NCBI GenBank assembly: GCA_047601445.1
Contig: JASGJH010000001.1
Location: forward strand, 6,304,001-6,368,000
Source of the DNA: Myxococcales bacterium
GTDB taxonomy: Bacteria > Myxococcota_A > Polyangia > Polyangiales > DASUME01
Direction of reading: 5' to 3'
DNA length: 64,000 nt
The position numbers and the translations under genes were made by a program. The notes under the pieces are model-generated. The model was not told where the DNA came from and did no database searches. It saw only the letters and a program-made list of their open reading frames with translations. This document shows, in pieces, positions 29,723 to 39,678 of this stretch. Each line of letters starts with the position of its first letter. Position 1 is the first letter of the stretch.

Positions 29723-31055
29723 TCATGGCTGTTGTAGCGACTTCCTCGCGCCTTCGCCCTGCGGCAAAAGGACGCGTGCCAGCGTGCCCTGGCCGACCGC
29801 CGAGCTGAATTCGAGACTACCACCGAGGCGCTCGCAGAGCGCGCGCGCCAGGAACACGCCGAGGCCCATGCCGTAGCCCGGCTCCTTGGTGGTGAAGAAA
29901 GGCTCTCCGACTTTGGCCAACAGGTCCGGCGTCATCCCGGTGCCGTGGTCCTCGATCTCGATCAGCACTGCTTGCCCTCGGCTCAGCGCGCGCACCTGCA
30001 CGGGCTCGCTCGAGGCCTGGAGCGCGTTGCGGATCAACCCGCGCAGGGCGCGGCCCAAGGCGCGTAGCGGGACCCGCAGCGGCGTCGCGCTGTCGACCTG
30101 CACGCGCAGGCGGGCGAACTCGCTCAAGTCGAGTGTGGCCTCCCGCACGAGCTCTTCGGGACTCACACTGCGGAAGGCCTCACCAGCGCTCTCTCCGGCG
30201 TCGGTGGCCATCTGATCCAAAATGCCGCGGCAGCGCTGGACCTCATCGCGGATCAGACGCGCGTCGGCGGCGCTCTCTTCGGCGGCCGGCAGTGCACCGA
30301 GGTCGCGCTCGAGCTCCTTGGCCGCGACGGCGATGGTGGACAGCGGCGTGCCGAGCTCGTGGGCGGCGCCTGCAGCGAGGGTCGCCAGCGACGCCAGGCG
30401 CTCGCTGCGTAGGGCCCGTGTGCGTGCCTGGGCCGCCTCGTTGCGCTGGATCTCTGAGATCGTGCGTGACGCGCGTGACGAAGTACGCGATGACCGCGGC
30501 GGCGATCGCGAACGCCACCCACATGCCTTGCAGGTGCAACGCCATGGCGCTCGACTGTGGGTGCCCCATGTGGTGATGCATGGCCATGCTGTGGTTGGTT
30601 CCCGGCAGCACGAACAGTGCGAAGAAGCAGCCCATCGCCATGCCCGCCAGGGACCAGGCATAGGTCGCCTTCAGCACCACCGCGGCCAGTGCGATGTGCA
30701 CCAGGAACAGCACGGTGAAGGGATTACTGGGACCGCCCGAGGCGTGCAACAGCGCCGTCAACACCACGAAGTCGAAGGCCATGATGGCCGCCAGCATCCA
30801 CTCGCGCACGTGGGGGCCACGCTTGAGCCAGAGCATGCAGGCGATGTTGGAGGCGAAGGCCAGACCCACCAGCGCGAACAGCCGCGCGGCGTCGAACTCC
30901 ATACCGATGTAGCGCACCGCGATTACGGTGGCGGCTTGGGCGAGCACGGCTACCCAGCGCAGGCGCACCAGCCAGGTGAAGTTCTGGGCCCAGAACTTCT
31001 GGCGTTCATCGACTTCGGGGGCACCGGGCAGGCCCTGCGTGGAGGCGAGTTCCAT
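29723..31055 (-). CDS. RegB/PrrB-like sensor histidine kinase, +1 frameshift near 30455 (probably a sequencing error)
   Basis: LVRLRWVAV, GGPSNPF motif, AAGAAHELGTPL, RCRGIL, EPFFTTK, GMGLG; removing one base restores HDLEIQRNEA. Confidence 0.9.
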
Positions 31056-31077
31056 CGCGCTCAGTGTCGCATATCGG

Positions 31078-31125
31078 TGGGCCCCATCGCGAGGTTCGCT
31101 GCGCTCACGAAGTGCCTTGATTTCA
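31078..31125 (+). repeat. REP/BIME-like element, partial copy
   Basis: CGCGAGGTTCGCTGCGCTCACGAAGTGCCTTGATTTCA. Confidence 0.8.
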
Positions 31126-31139
31126 GACCCCTCTAGGGC

Positions 31140-32093
31140 TCACTTGCCCCGCAGGCGCTTCAAAACCGCCATGAAATCCTCGGGCGGTTCCTGCGAGAAG
31201 CGCATCGCCCTGCCGGTCCGGGGGTGCACGAAGCCGAGCTCCTGGGCGTGCAGCATGGGCCGGGGCGCGTCGATGCGCTCTCCGCGAAAGTCCCGGATGT
31301 ACACGCGCTCTCCCAGCAGCGGATGCCCGGCCTCACTCAAGTGAATGCGGATCTGGTGCTGTCTCCCGGTCTCCAGCATGCACTCCACCAGACACGCCTG
31401 TTCGAAGCGCTCCAGCACGCGCACGTGGGTCACCGCGCGTTGTGCATCGGGTGGCGGTGCACCGCGGGCTGCGCGAAAGTGTCCATGGGAGCCGCGCAGG
31501 CCGTCCCCGCGATCGCGCAACAGCATGCTCTCGAAAGTGCGACCGATGGGCGCGCCGTGGACCAGCGCCACGTAGCGACGGTGGGTGGTGTGGGCGCGGA
31601 ACTGGCCGGCCAGGTGGCGCTTGGCGGAGAGGTTGCGTGTGAACACCAGGAGCCCGGTCGTGTCGATGTCGATGCGATGGACGATGCCGAGTTCCGGGTC
31701 GAATCCGCTGCCCTTGCCGCCGCGCTGGCTGCGGCGCCGCAAGGCAGCCCGCGTGATGTCGATCAGCGTGTCGCGATCGCCGTGTTCGAACGGGACGCTC
31801 ATGATGCCGGCCGGCTTGTTGACCACCACCACGTCCGCATCGACATGGATGAAAGCGTCGTCCGAGAGCACGCCCTTGCGCAAGCGGGGAGCGTTCGGAT
31901 CCACCGCCACTACACAGCCTGGCGAGACACGAAGCTCGGCGTCGACCACCGTGGCGCCGTCCACTTGAACGCGGCCGGAGCGCACCAGCTCGCGGGCCTT
32001 GTTCCATGACACTTCGGTGTCTCCGAGCGCTTCGCGCACGATGCGCGCCAGCGTGAGCTCGGGACGGCTAACGGTAACGCTGATGGCTTTCAC
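31140..32093 (-). CDS. RluA/RluD-family pseudouridine synthase with S4 domain
   Basis: VVNKPAG, VHRIDIDTTGL, LETGRQHQIRIH, PMLHA; GTG start 32093 is inferred. Confidence 0.92.
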   Translation of the reverse strand: MKAISVTVSRPELTLARIVREALGDTEVSWNKARELVRSGRVQVDGATVVDAELRVSPGCVVAVDPNAPRLRKGVLSDDAFIHVDADVVVVNKPAGIMSVPFEHGDRDTLIDITRAALRRRSQRGGKGSGFDPELGIVHRIDIDTTGLLVFTRNLSAKRHLAGQFRAHTTHRRYVALVHGAPIGRTFESMLLRDRGDGLRGSHGHFRAARGAPPPDAQRAVTHVRVLERFEQACLVECMLETGRQHQIRIHLSEAGHPLLGERVYIRDFRGERIDAPRPMLHAQELGFVHPRTGRAMRFSQEPPEDFMAVLKRLRGK

Positions 32094-32173
32094 GCGCAGA
32101 CGGCTCCAAAAGCCGGCTCTCTGCTGGCTCGGCGCGGGTCTACTGCCGATCTCCGCCGCTGACAAGAGAACGC

Positions 32174-32270
32174 TTGAAATCAAGGCATTTCGTGAGCGCA
32201 GCGTACCTCGCGGCGGATGGTGGCCGGCTCGGCCTTGCCGCGTTCGGCGGGCAGCGTGTGCGCCTTCCCG
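32174..32270 (-). repeat. REP/BIME-like element, degenerate inverted copy
   Basis: TGAAATCAAGGCATTTCGTGAGCGCAGCGTACCTCGCG is a near reverse complement of 31088-31125. Confidence 0.75.
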
Positions 32271-32485
32271 TTGAACAAACACGGCCCCATGGAGGCGACG
32301 CAAGGTTGGCTGCGCGCTCTCCTTCGGCGCGGGGGGTGGTCAGCGAAGGAAAGATTTGGGTGAGATCCCCCATGGAGTCGGGGCCACGAAATCGCTACCA
32401 TCCGGCTCAGGGTGGACGCGTGCTCACGGGCGCGCGGCGGGGATTGAGGTTAGGCGCATTACTGCGCGACGGGGGATGTTCGACC

Positions 32486-33049
32486 GTGAAAGTACGCCGG
32501 TGCTCGAAGCAGACCAATCTACGTAAGCTGCCTCTCGATGGCCTGGATATGTATCTCCTGTCCTGCCTCGAAGGGGAGCTGACCGTGGCGCAGCTCGCAG
32601 ACATCACCGCGACTACGCCCAAGGAGACCGAAAGACGGCTGCTCGAACTGGCCCGTTTGGGCTTGATCGAGGGCGTAGAGGCCGACCTGGTGCAGGCCCT
32701 CACACGCGCGCGCCGGTCCACGCGTCCCAGCCTGAAGCCCGCCTCCCTCAAGCCTGCTTCCGTCAAACCTGCCTCGACCAAGAAGAAGAGCGCCTCGAAC
32801 AAGCCCGAGGTGGAGATCCGTCCTCCGCCCCCCTCGGACGACGACCTCGATGCCATGGAGACCCTGCGTCCGTTGAGCACCTCGGCCGCCGACCTCGAGC
32901 GCATCACGCCGCTCCGCCCGCCCAGTCTCGACGCGCTGTTTCAGGCCGAGCCCACGGGCGCCCTGCTGAAGTTGCTCACGCCTAGCCGCGGTCATCCCCT
33001 CGAAGAGGTGAAGATCCCACGCAAACGCCGTTCGAGTACGCCGCTCTAG
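32486..33049 (+). CDS. Hypothetical protein: N-terminal winged-helix-like module and Pro/Ser-rich tail
   Basis: LRKLPLDGLDMYLLSCLEGELTVAQLADIT....ERRLLELARLGLIE; start inferred. Confidence 0.6.
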   Translation: MKVRRCSKQTNLRKLPLDGLDMYLLSCLEGELTVAQLADITATTPKETERRLLELARLGLIEGVEADLVQALTRARRSTRPSLKPASLKPASVKPASTKKKSASNKPEVEIRPPPPSDDDLDAMETLRPLSTSAADLERITPLRPPSLDALFQAEPTGALLKLLTPSRGHPLEEVKIPRKRRSSTPL

Positions 33050-33098
33050 GGGGGGCCGGTACCCAGGCCGTTTGCGAGGGGTGTGCTAACCAGACCGG

Positions 33099-34058
33099 GT
33101 GAGCGAAGAAGATTCGAAGCCATCCGTTCGCATGGTGACGGTGGGGCCGGAACATGCGGGACAGCGCATCGACAACTTCTTGCGCACCGAGCTCAAGGGA
33201 GCGCCCAAGAGCCTGATCTATCGGGTGCTGCGCACGGGCGAGGTGCGCGTGAACAAGGGCCGCGCCAAGCCCGAGACGAGGCTCGCCGCTGGCGACGTGG
33301 TGCGCATCCCGCCGTTGCGCCTGAGCGAGGCCATGCCGGTGCGCGTGGGCGACGCGCTCAAGGACAGTCTGGAAGGCGCCATCCTGCACGAAGACGAGGC
33401 GCTGCTCGTGATCGACAAGCCTGCGGGGCTCGCGGTGCACGCGGGCAGCGGCGTGAACGTGGGGGTCATCGAGGCGTTGCGCGCGGCGCGGCCGGACGAG
33501 AAGGGGCTCGAGCTCGCGCACCGCTTGGATCGTGAGACGAGCGGCGTGCTGGTGCTGGCGAAGACGCGGCCTGCGTTGATGGAGATCCACGAGCTCCTGC
33601 GCGGGGACACGGTGAAGAAGAGCTATCGCGCGTTGGTGCGCGGGGCGTGGCCCGATCGTGTGCGCGAGGTGAACGCCCCGCTGGCGAAGAACAGTCTGCG
33701 CGGCGGCGAGCGCATGGTGGAAGTGCAGGGCGACGGTAAGGAAGCGCAAACCCTGTTTCGCGTGATCGAGCGATTCCACGGCGCGACGCTGGTGGAGGCC
33801 ATGCCGGTCACGGGGCGCACGCATCAGATCCGCGTGCACGCGGCGCACGTGGGCCATCCCATCGCGGGCGATGACAAGTACGGCGACCCCGAATTCGACC
33901 GCACGTTGAAGGCTTGTGGTTTGGGGCGGCTCTTCCTGCATGCAGCGAAGATTCAGATCCCGCGGCGAGGTCAGAAGGATCTGAGGGTCGAAGCAGCCTT
34001 GCCAGCGGAGCTCGAGCGCGTGCTGGCGGAGCTGCGCGCGCGGGCGCAAGCCAAGTAG
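33099..34058 (+). CDS. rluC: 23S rRNA pseudouridine synthase, RluC-like
   Basis: [57 protein letters not shown]. Confidence 0.88.
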   Translation: MSEEDSKPSVRMVTVGPEHAGQRIDNFLRTELKGAPKSLIYRVLRTGEVRVNKGRAKPETRLAAGDVVRIPPLRLSEAMPVRVGDALKDSLEGAILHEDEALLVIDKPAGLAVHAGSGVNVGVIEALRAARPDEKGLELAHRLDRETSGVLVLAKTRPALMEIHELLRGDTVKKSYRALVRGAWPDRVREVNAPLAKNSLRGGERMVEVQGDGKEAQTLFRVIERFHGATLVEAMPVTGRTHQIRVHAAHVGHPIAGDDKYGDPEFDRTLKACGLGRLFLHAAKIQIPRRGQKDLRVEAALPAELERVLAELRARAQAK

Positions 34059-34228
34059 CAGTGTCGCGTGTGATCGCGCGCGCGCCCATTTTCAGGCCCA
34101 ATTTGCGCGTCTAGTTCGCCGGTTGCCATTCGGACGCGAAACGTAGGGTAAAGCGTTGCAGGGCTTTCACGGCGCAGCCATCCAAGGTCGATAGCGTCCT
34201 CGAGCAATTTTGCACGAGGGGGGAATCG

Positions 34229-35050
34229 ATGCAGCAGCGTATGCGTGCGGTCGTGATGATGGCGTCCGTGGTGTTTTCTTCGAGTTGTGCCGATGCGACG
34301 CCGAGCCAGGAGCCAGACCGCGTCGAGCAAGGGCAGAAGGCCGACGCGAGCGAGGATCATTACGAGCAACTGGTGGCGGACTTCGGCGGGAGAGACGGGC
34401 TCGCCGACTTCATGCGCGACAGCAGCGAAGACGAGATCCGCGAGATGCTCGCGCTCTACGGGATGACCTACGAGGTCCACGCGGCGAACCTGGCCAATCC
34501 CAAGTACATCGGAGATTGCCCGCAGTATTTTCCCGCCAGTGATCGCAACGCTTGGCACGATTTCGACGGCGAAAAGTACTACATCGATGGATCCGGCCGG
34601 CCGAAGAACGCTTCGAAGGACCTGCCGCCGGTGGCCGCAGCAGCGCGCTCGGACAGCTGCCAAACCAGCATTGGGCAGTGGGGCGATGCGGAGAATCCTT
34701 CCAACGACTACGACGGTGGTCACTTGATCGGATCGCAGCTCGGGGGCTGGGGCAAGCGTGCCAACATCGCGCCCCAGGACGCCAACTTCAACCGGGGTAA
34801 CTACGCGCAGATCGAGAACAAGATGGCGACCTGCGCAGGGCTGCCCAACGGGCGCATCCGCTACGATATCACGCTGGCCTACCCGAACAGCTCTGCGCTG
34901 ATCCCGAACACCTGGAGCGTCAGCATTACCAACACCTCATCGGGAGCGGCGATCTCGAAGCAGTTCACCAACGTCGATGCCGGTGGGTCGAGCGGGACGA
35001 CCTCTCGAACGGCGATCGTGAACTTCCTGAGCAGTCAGGGCTGCAACTAG
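34229..35050 (+). CDS. Secreted/lipoprotein DNA/RNA non-specific endonuclease (His-Me finger, Endonuclease_NS_2-like)
   Basis: Signal peptide ending SSSC; YIDGSGRP, YDGGHLIGSQLGG, NIAPQDANFNRGNY..IE. Confidence 0.85.
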   Translation: MQQRMRAVVMMASVVFSSSCADATPSQEPDRVEQGQKADASEDHYEQLVADFGGRDGLADFMRDSSEDEIREMLALYGMTYEVHAANLANPKYIGDCPQYFPASDRNAWHDFDGEKYYIDGSGRPKNASKDLPPVAAAARSDSCQTSIGQWGDAENPSNDYDGGHLIGSQLGGWGKRANIAPQDANFNRGNYAQIENKMATCAGLPNGRIRYDITLAYPNSSALIPNTWSVSITNTSSGAAISKQFTNVDAGGSSGTTSRTAIVNFLSSQGCN

Positions 35051-35076
35051 AGGCTGAAAGGGATCGGCGCGGGGGC

Positions 35077-35155
35077 GTGGTTGTGGTTGTGGAGTGAAAC
35101 GGGGGACTCGGAGAGGCGACCGCGACCACGACCACGACCACGATCGTGATCGTGG
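35077..35155. repeat. Inverted hexamer repeats (GTGGTT ... GACCAC) between convergent genes
   Basis: GTGGTTGTGGTTGTGG versus GACCACGACCACGACCAC. Confidence 0.65.
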
Positions 35156-35167
35156 GGGATGGGAGGG

Positions 35168-37013
35168 CTAGGCCTTGTGGGCGGTCAGCGTGATCTCGTC
35201 GCGGTCGTGGTAGAGCTGCTTGAAGCGCAGACCATTCCACTCGCCCTCGGTCTCGAGAATCGCGCGCACGCGCGCCAGGATCTCGGCCTTCTTCTTCATG
35301 GGGAGCTTGATGTTGGCTACCACCATGCGGGCCCAGCGCTTGCGGCCCCACTTGGCGAGCAACGCAGCCGCCTCGAGCGGGCGCCACGCCATGTCGCAGA
35401 ACAGCCAGTCGATGGGCTCGTCGGGCGTATACGAGAAGGCGCTCTCTTGCAGGTGCTTCACGCCCTTCTTGGCCAGGATATCCGGGCGCAGCTTGGCAGG
35501 ATCCACCGCGATCACGCGGGCGCGGCGCTCGGCCAGCACGTAGGTCCAGCCGCCGGGTGCGGCGCCCAGGTCGACGCACACGTCGCCGGGACCCGGCTCC
35601 ACGCCGAGCCAGGCCAAGGCTTCTTCGAGTTTGCGCGCTGCGCGCGAGGGGAACTCGCCGGTGACGCGCACGCGCGTGCGGCCGCCGCGAGCCAACGAGG
35701 GCGTGGCGTTCGAGTGCATCACACCGGCCACCGCGTGCTCGGCGTCGCGCAGACACACCTGGGCGAAGGGCATTGAACCCAGCCGGCGCAGGCTGGCGTC
35801 GTCCACGCGCTTGGCGTTCGGCAGGTTCACGGCGAGGCGTTCTGCGATCTGCGTCTCGAGCTCGTCGGCCATCGACGAGAGCGGGTTGGTGAGCGGCGTA
35901 TCGGGTACCCACACGTGCAGGGCGTAGGTGGAGGCGCCGGCGAGCTTGTTGCGTAGGCTGCGCTCGACGCGCGTGGTGAGCTCGCTCAGATCGCTGGCGC
36001 GGACACTGGTGAGGATCTGGAAGCCCTGACGCGCGAACGTGAGAATCGACCGGGCGCTTGTCGAGCTTGGGCACCTTGGGCGCGAGCACCAGGCCCGGCG
36101 AGAGTACGTGTGGGGCGGGGTCGACCACCTTGCCGAGCAAGAGCTCGTCCACCAGGTCCTGTTCGGAGCCTTCGCGCGTGGTGAGCAGCCACTGGCCGGG
36201 ATGGGGCTCGCCTTTGAGTTGGGACAGCGCCTCAGGGATCTTGGGGTAGGGCACGCGCTCGAGGCGTGCCTTGTCGAGCTCTCCGGAGATGGGCTTCTTG
36301 AGCGCGTGGGCTTGTTCGCGCGGCTCGTGTTCGGCCTTCCACTGGTTGGCCTGACGAGCTCCCTGCTTGCGCGCCTCGGCGAAGGCAGCGCGGTCGGCGC
36401 GGCGATTGCCCGCTTTGCGCGCACCGGCGCCCGCTTGGGCGGGTTCCGTCATGAACTCGGGCTTGCGATCGCGCGCCCCGTGAGCCGCACGGGGCCGCTC
36501 GCGAGAATACTCTCGGGCATCGCGTTGGCCGCCGCGTGCGCCGGGGCGTTGTCCGCGTACTTCTCGCTGCTCGCTGCGTGCTTGTCGCTGCTCGCCGCGT
36601 TGTTGTCCGCGTGCCTCTCGCTGCTCGCCGCGCGCTTCTCGCTGTTGTCCGCGCGCCGCGCGCCGCTCGCCGCCAGCATCTCGCTGCCTGCCGCCAGCAT
36701 CTCGCTGCCTGCCGCCAGCATCTCGCCGCTCGCCGCTGGCTGCTCGCTGCTGGCCGCCAGCCGCTCGCCGCTCGCCGCCAGCATCTCGCTGCCTGCCGCC
36801 AGCCGCTCGCCGCTCGCCGCTGGCTGCTCGCTGCTGGCCGCCTGCCGCTGGCCGTACGCCGCTGGCTGCTCGCTGCTGGCCGCTGGCCGTACGCCGCTGG
36901 CCGCCTGCTGCTCGCTGCTGGCCGCTGGCCGCTGGCCGCTCGCTGCTGGCCGCTCGCTTCTGTTCCCCGCGCTTCGTTTCGCTGCGTTTTTGGCGTGGCC
37001 GCTCGGACTTCAT
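35168..37013 (-). CDS. rlmM: RlmM-like 23S rRNA 2'-O-methyltransferase with repetitive N-terminal extension; +1 frameshift near 36044
   Basis: LTFARQ, PSRAARKLEEA, VDLGAAPGGWT, DWLFCDMAWRP, NIKLPMKKK, KQLYHDRDEIT; ATGA coupling to upstream stop at 37010-37013. Confidence 0.85.
36560..36960 (-). repeat. Coding heptamer/21-nt repeat region (RAASGQQ, RDAGGRQ, REARGEQ)
   Basis: GCTGGCC/CTCGCTG/CTCGCCG 7-nt units on + strand; 7-aa period in the protein. Confidence 0.85.
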
Positions 37014-37828
37014 CGCTGGCTCCTCATGCGGGAAGACAAGGTCGCCATCAGGATACCTGCGGCGACCGATACGTTGAGGGATTCCACCCCCTGGGCACCC
37101 TGAATGTGCACGAATTCATGGCAGCGCTTCTTCACGGGCGCCGTCAGCCCCAGGCGCTCGCTGCCCAGCACCAGCACGGTCTTTTCGGGCCAGGCCAGCG
37201 CAGCGTGTGACTTGCCGGCGTGGGCGTCGGCCCCGACGATGTGAGCGCCTTCGGCCCGCAGGCGGTCGAGCGGCTCGGCCAGCTCTTGGACGAAGCACAC
37301 CGGGACCAGCTCGGCCGCGCCCTCGGCCACGCGCACGGCCGCCGAGCTCAGGCGCGTCTCGCGTTCCTTGCTGACCAGCATGGCCTGGGCCCCGAAGAAA
37401 CCCGCAGTGCGCAGCAGGGCGCCGATGTTGTGCGGATTGTCCACGCCGTCGAGTGCGAGCACGAAGCGCTTCGGCGCCAGCGCCTTGGCGAGCTCGCTCA
37501 CGCTTGGCGCGCGGCGTGGGTTCACCTGCATGCAGACGCCCTCGTGGTGCAGGCTGCCCGCGATGCGCTCGAGCTCCTCGCGCGGCACCTCACGGTAGGC
37601 GATGCGCCGCTTGGCAGCTTCGCGCAGAAGCTCGGCGATGGCTTGTCGCGCATCGGGCGCGTGCGCGATCTGGCGGACGTCATCAGGACGTTGCGCGAGC
37701 ACTGCACGGGCGGCGGCCAAGCCGAACACGCGCTCGAGCTCCGGCCTCGGAGCCTCGGCGCGGGTGCGGCCAGGGCCTACGCCCTGGCTTCCAGGGGTTC
37801 CCTTGCGGGTGGTTTTCTTGGATTGCAC
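37010..37828 (-). CDS. TrmH/SpoU-family RNA methyltransferase (RlmB-like)
   Basis: HHEGV, LALDGVDNPHNIGALLRTA, VLGSERLGL, VESLNVSVAAG; GTG start inferred. Confidence 0.9.
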   Translation of the reverse strand: MQSKKTTRKGTPGSQGVGPGRTRAEAPRPELERVFGLAAARAVLAQRPDDVRQIAHAPDARQAIAELLREAAKRRIAYREVPREELERIAGSLHHEGVCMQVNPRRAPSVSELAKALAPKRFVLALDGVDNPHNIGALLRTAGFFGAQAMLVSKERETRLSSAAVRVAEGAAELVPVCFVQELAEPLDRLRAEGAHIVGADAHAGKSHAALAWPEKTVLVLGSERLGLTAPVKKRCHEFVHIQGAQGVESLNVSVAAGILMATLSSRMRSQR

Positions 37829-37832
37829 GGAA

Positions 37833-39317
37833 CTACCGGAAGATCCCCAGGGCGAGGCCTGGTTTGCGTGTGAGACCCCGGAGCGCGGCCACGCTGATGC
37901 AGCCTTCGAGGGCATACGGTTGGGAGTAGACGCCGCCGTGGATTTGCTGCGTGAGCACGCGGGTGCCATGGGGCTCGCCGTGTCCATTTGCGCCGTGCGC
38001 GGCGCCGGGTGCGTCCGGGTTCACCAGGTCGTGCAGCGTGAGCAGGGTGGCCAGCGTGCGCGTGGCGTCGGGTTTGGCGATCAAGATGTGGAACGCGGGC
38101 GCGCCCAGAAAAGCAGCCTCGAAGACGGGGTGCGAGAGCGAGCGCGTGGCGGTGATGGGCGCCACGTTCGCGGATACGGTGAGCGGCGCGGCGCCGGGCT
38201 CGAGCTGATTCCCGAACGCCGCGTAGGCCTCTGCCGCGAGCAGCTTGCCGAAGTACTGGGCCGCTTGATAGCTGACACCCTGGGTCTTCACGATCGCCCG
38301 CGCCACCGGGCTCGCGCTCCCGAGCTCGAAGCCGTCGCGCAGCTGGCGCGTAGCGAACAGGGAGCGCATCCAGCGCGGCGCCTCCGCCTTTTGCTTCTGG
38401 GCATGCGCGAAGTCTTCGGCGCACACGCCGCCCGGACTCGTCGGCGAGATCAGCATCGTGCAGGAGGCCAACACACTGCGCGGGAGGTTGCGTGCGATCG
38501 CATTCATGGAGGCCGTCAGACGCCATTCCTGACTCTCGCCGCCCGCGTAGGCGTACATGCCGAGGTGCACTGGCGCGCCTTCGGCCGCAAAGCGGCGCAC
38601 GGTGGCCGCGATGGCATGGGGAGCCGTCAGCAGGTTGGCGCCGCCCCGCACGTAGCGCAGGGACCCGCCGAGTCGGGGGGCCAACAACAGGTCCACACCT
38701 GGCTCACGCAGATCGATCCACAGCACCTCGGCGCCCGCCGCCAGCAGCAGCTCCACGGGCGAGAGCTCGGCGGCCGCGCCCAGCAACACGAAGCGCTCTC
38801 CGCGCAGGGACAGCCCGCGCTCGTCCTGCGCGCGCTCGTTGATCCACGCCAGGGCATCGCGCGCGGCCGGCGTCATCCAGCGCTTCGCTTCGAGTTCCGC
38901 GGCCAGGCCCAACAGGCGGGCGCTCTGGTGCAGCCGACCCTCGAAGCTCACCGAGGGCATCAGGCGTCCGGGACCGGGCAGGTCCACCTTGACCCACGGC
39001 AGCGGCTCGCTCGGGCTAGCCATCACCTCGTCGAGTCCTCGTGTCCCCGCAGCGTCCGAGAACGTGAGTTCCCGCTCTGCCTCGCGCACCAAAAAGCGCG
39101 CGATCTCCAGGCGCGCAGGGCTCGCCCGCCGCGCGGCCTCGAAGCGCGGCAGGAGCTCGGAAAAGCGCTGCTTGAAGCTGCGCGCCTCGGCCGGCAGCTG
39201 GGCCTGGGCGAGCTCCGGGAAGCTCTCGCAGGCGCGTACCAACAGCTGATGGAAGTACGACGAACCCGTGTGAGCTTGGGGAAGGCCGACGCCCGTGCCT
39301 GGCTGTTCGACGGTCAC
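37833..39317 (-). CDS. Conserved hypothetical protein with Rossmann-like segment
   Basis: ERFVLLGAAAELSP, TQGVSYQAAQY.GK, VSANVAPITATRS, QIHGG; good codon bias. Confidence 0.7.
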   Translation of the reverse strand: MTVEQPGTGVGLPQAHTGSSYFHQLLVRACESFPELAQAQLPAEARSFKQRFSELLPRFEAARRASPARLEIARFLVREAERELTFSDAAGTRGLDEVMASPSEPLPWVKVDLPGPGRLMPSVSFEGRLHQSARLLGLAAELEAKRWMTPAARDALAWINERAQDERGLSLRGERFVLLGAAAELSPVELLLAAGAEVLWIDLREPGVDLLLAPRLGGSLRYVRGGANLLTAPHAIAATVRRFAAEGAPVHLGMYAYAGGESQEWRLTASMNAIARNLPRSVLASCTMLISPTSPGGVCAEDFAHAQKQKAEAPRWMRSLFATRQLRDGFELGSASPVARAIVKTQGVSYQAAQYFGKLLAAEAYAAFGNQLEPGAAPLTVSANVAPITATRSLSHPVFEAAFLGAPAFHILIAKPDATRTLATLLTLHDLVNPDAPGAAHGANGHGEPHGTRVLTQQIHGGVYSQPYALEGCISVAALRGLTRKPGLALGIFR

Positions 39318-39408
39318 CGAGCATCCTTAGCAGCCCGTGAGCTTTGCTGCAGTAGGGCCCTCGCCAACCTGGCCAGCTCCGTGTCCTCGAGCTAGGGTGC
39401 GCGCCACC

Positions 39409-39672
39409 ATGGCCTCCATCGCTCCCGACTTGCTCGCATTGCTCGCCGACCCGGAGACCCACGAGGCCTTCGCGCTCGCATCCAGCGCGGAGCTCGCGGC
39501 GCTCAAGCAGGCCGTCTCCGAGGGACGTGGTCGGCGCCGAAACGGCTCGGCCCTGAGCGCAGAGCTCGATGGAGCGCTGCTTTGCCAGGGCCGGCGGGTG
39601 GCGTATCTGATCGAGGCGGGAATCCCGAACCTGTTGATCGACGAGCGCGTGGAGCTCGACGCGCCGCTCTGA
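39409..39672 (+). CDS. Trm112-like protein
   Basis: LLALLADPETH ... AYLIEAGIPNLLIDE. Confidence 0.8.
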   Translation: MASIAPDLLALLADPETHEAFALASSAELAALKQAVSEGRGRRRNGSALSAELDGALLCQGRRVAYLIEAGIPNLLIDERVELDAPL

Positions 39673-39678
39673 GCGCGC

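Noticed and set aside
34229..35160. Polymorphic toxin-immunity pair
   Set aside because: No RHS, CdiA or VgrG carrier and no downstream immunity ORF
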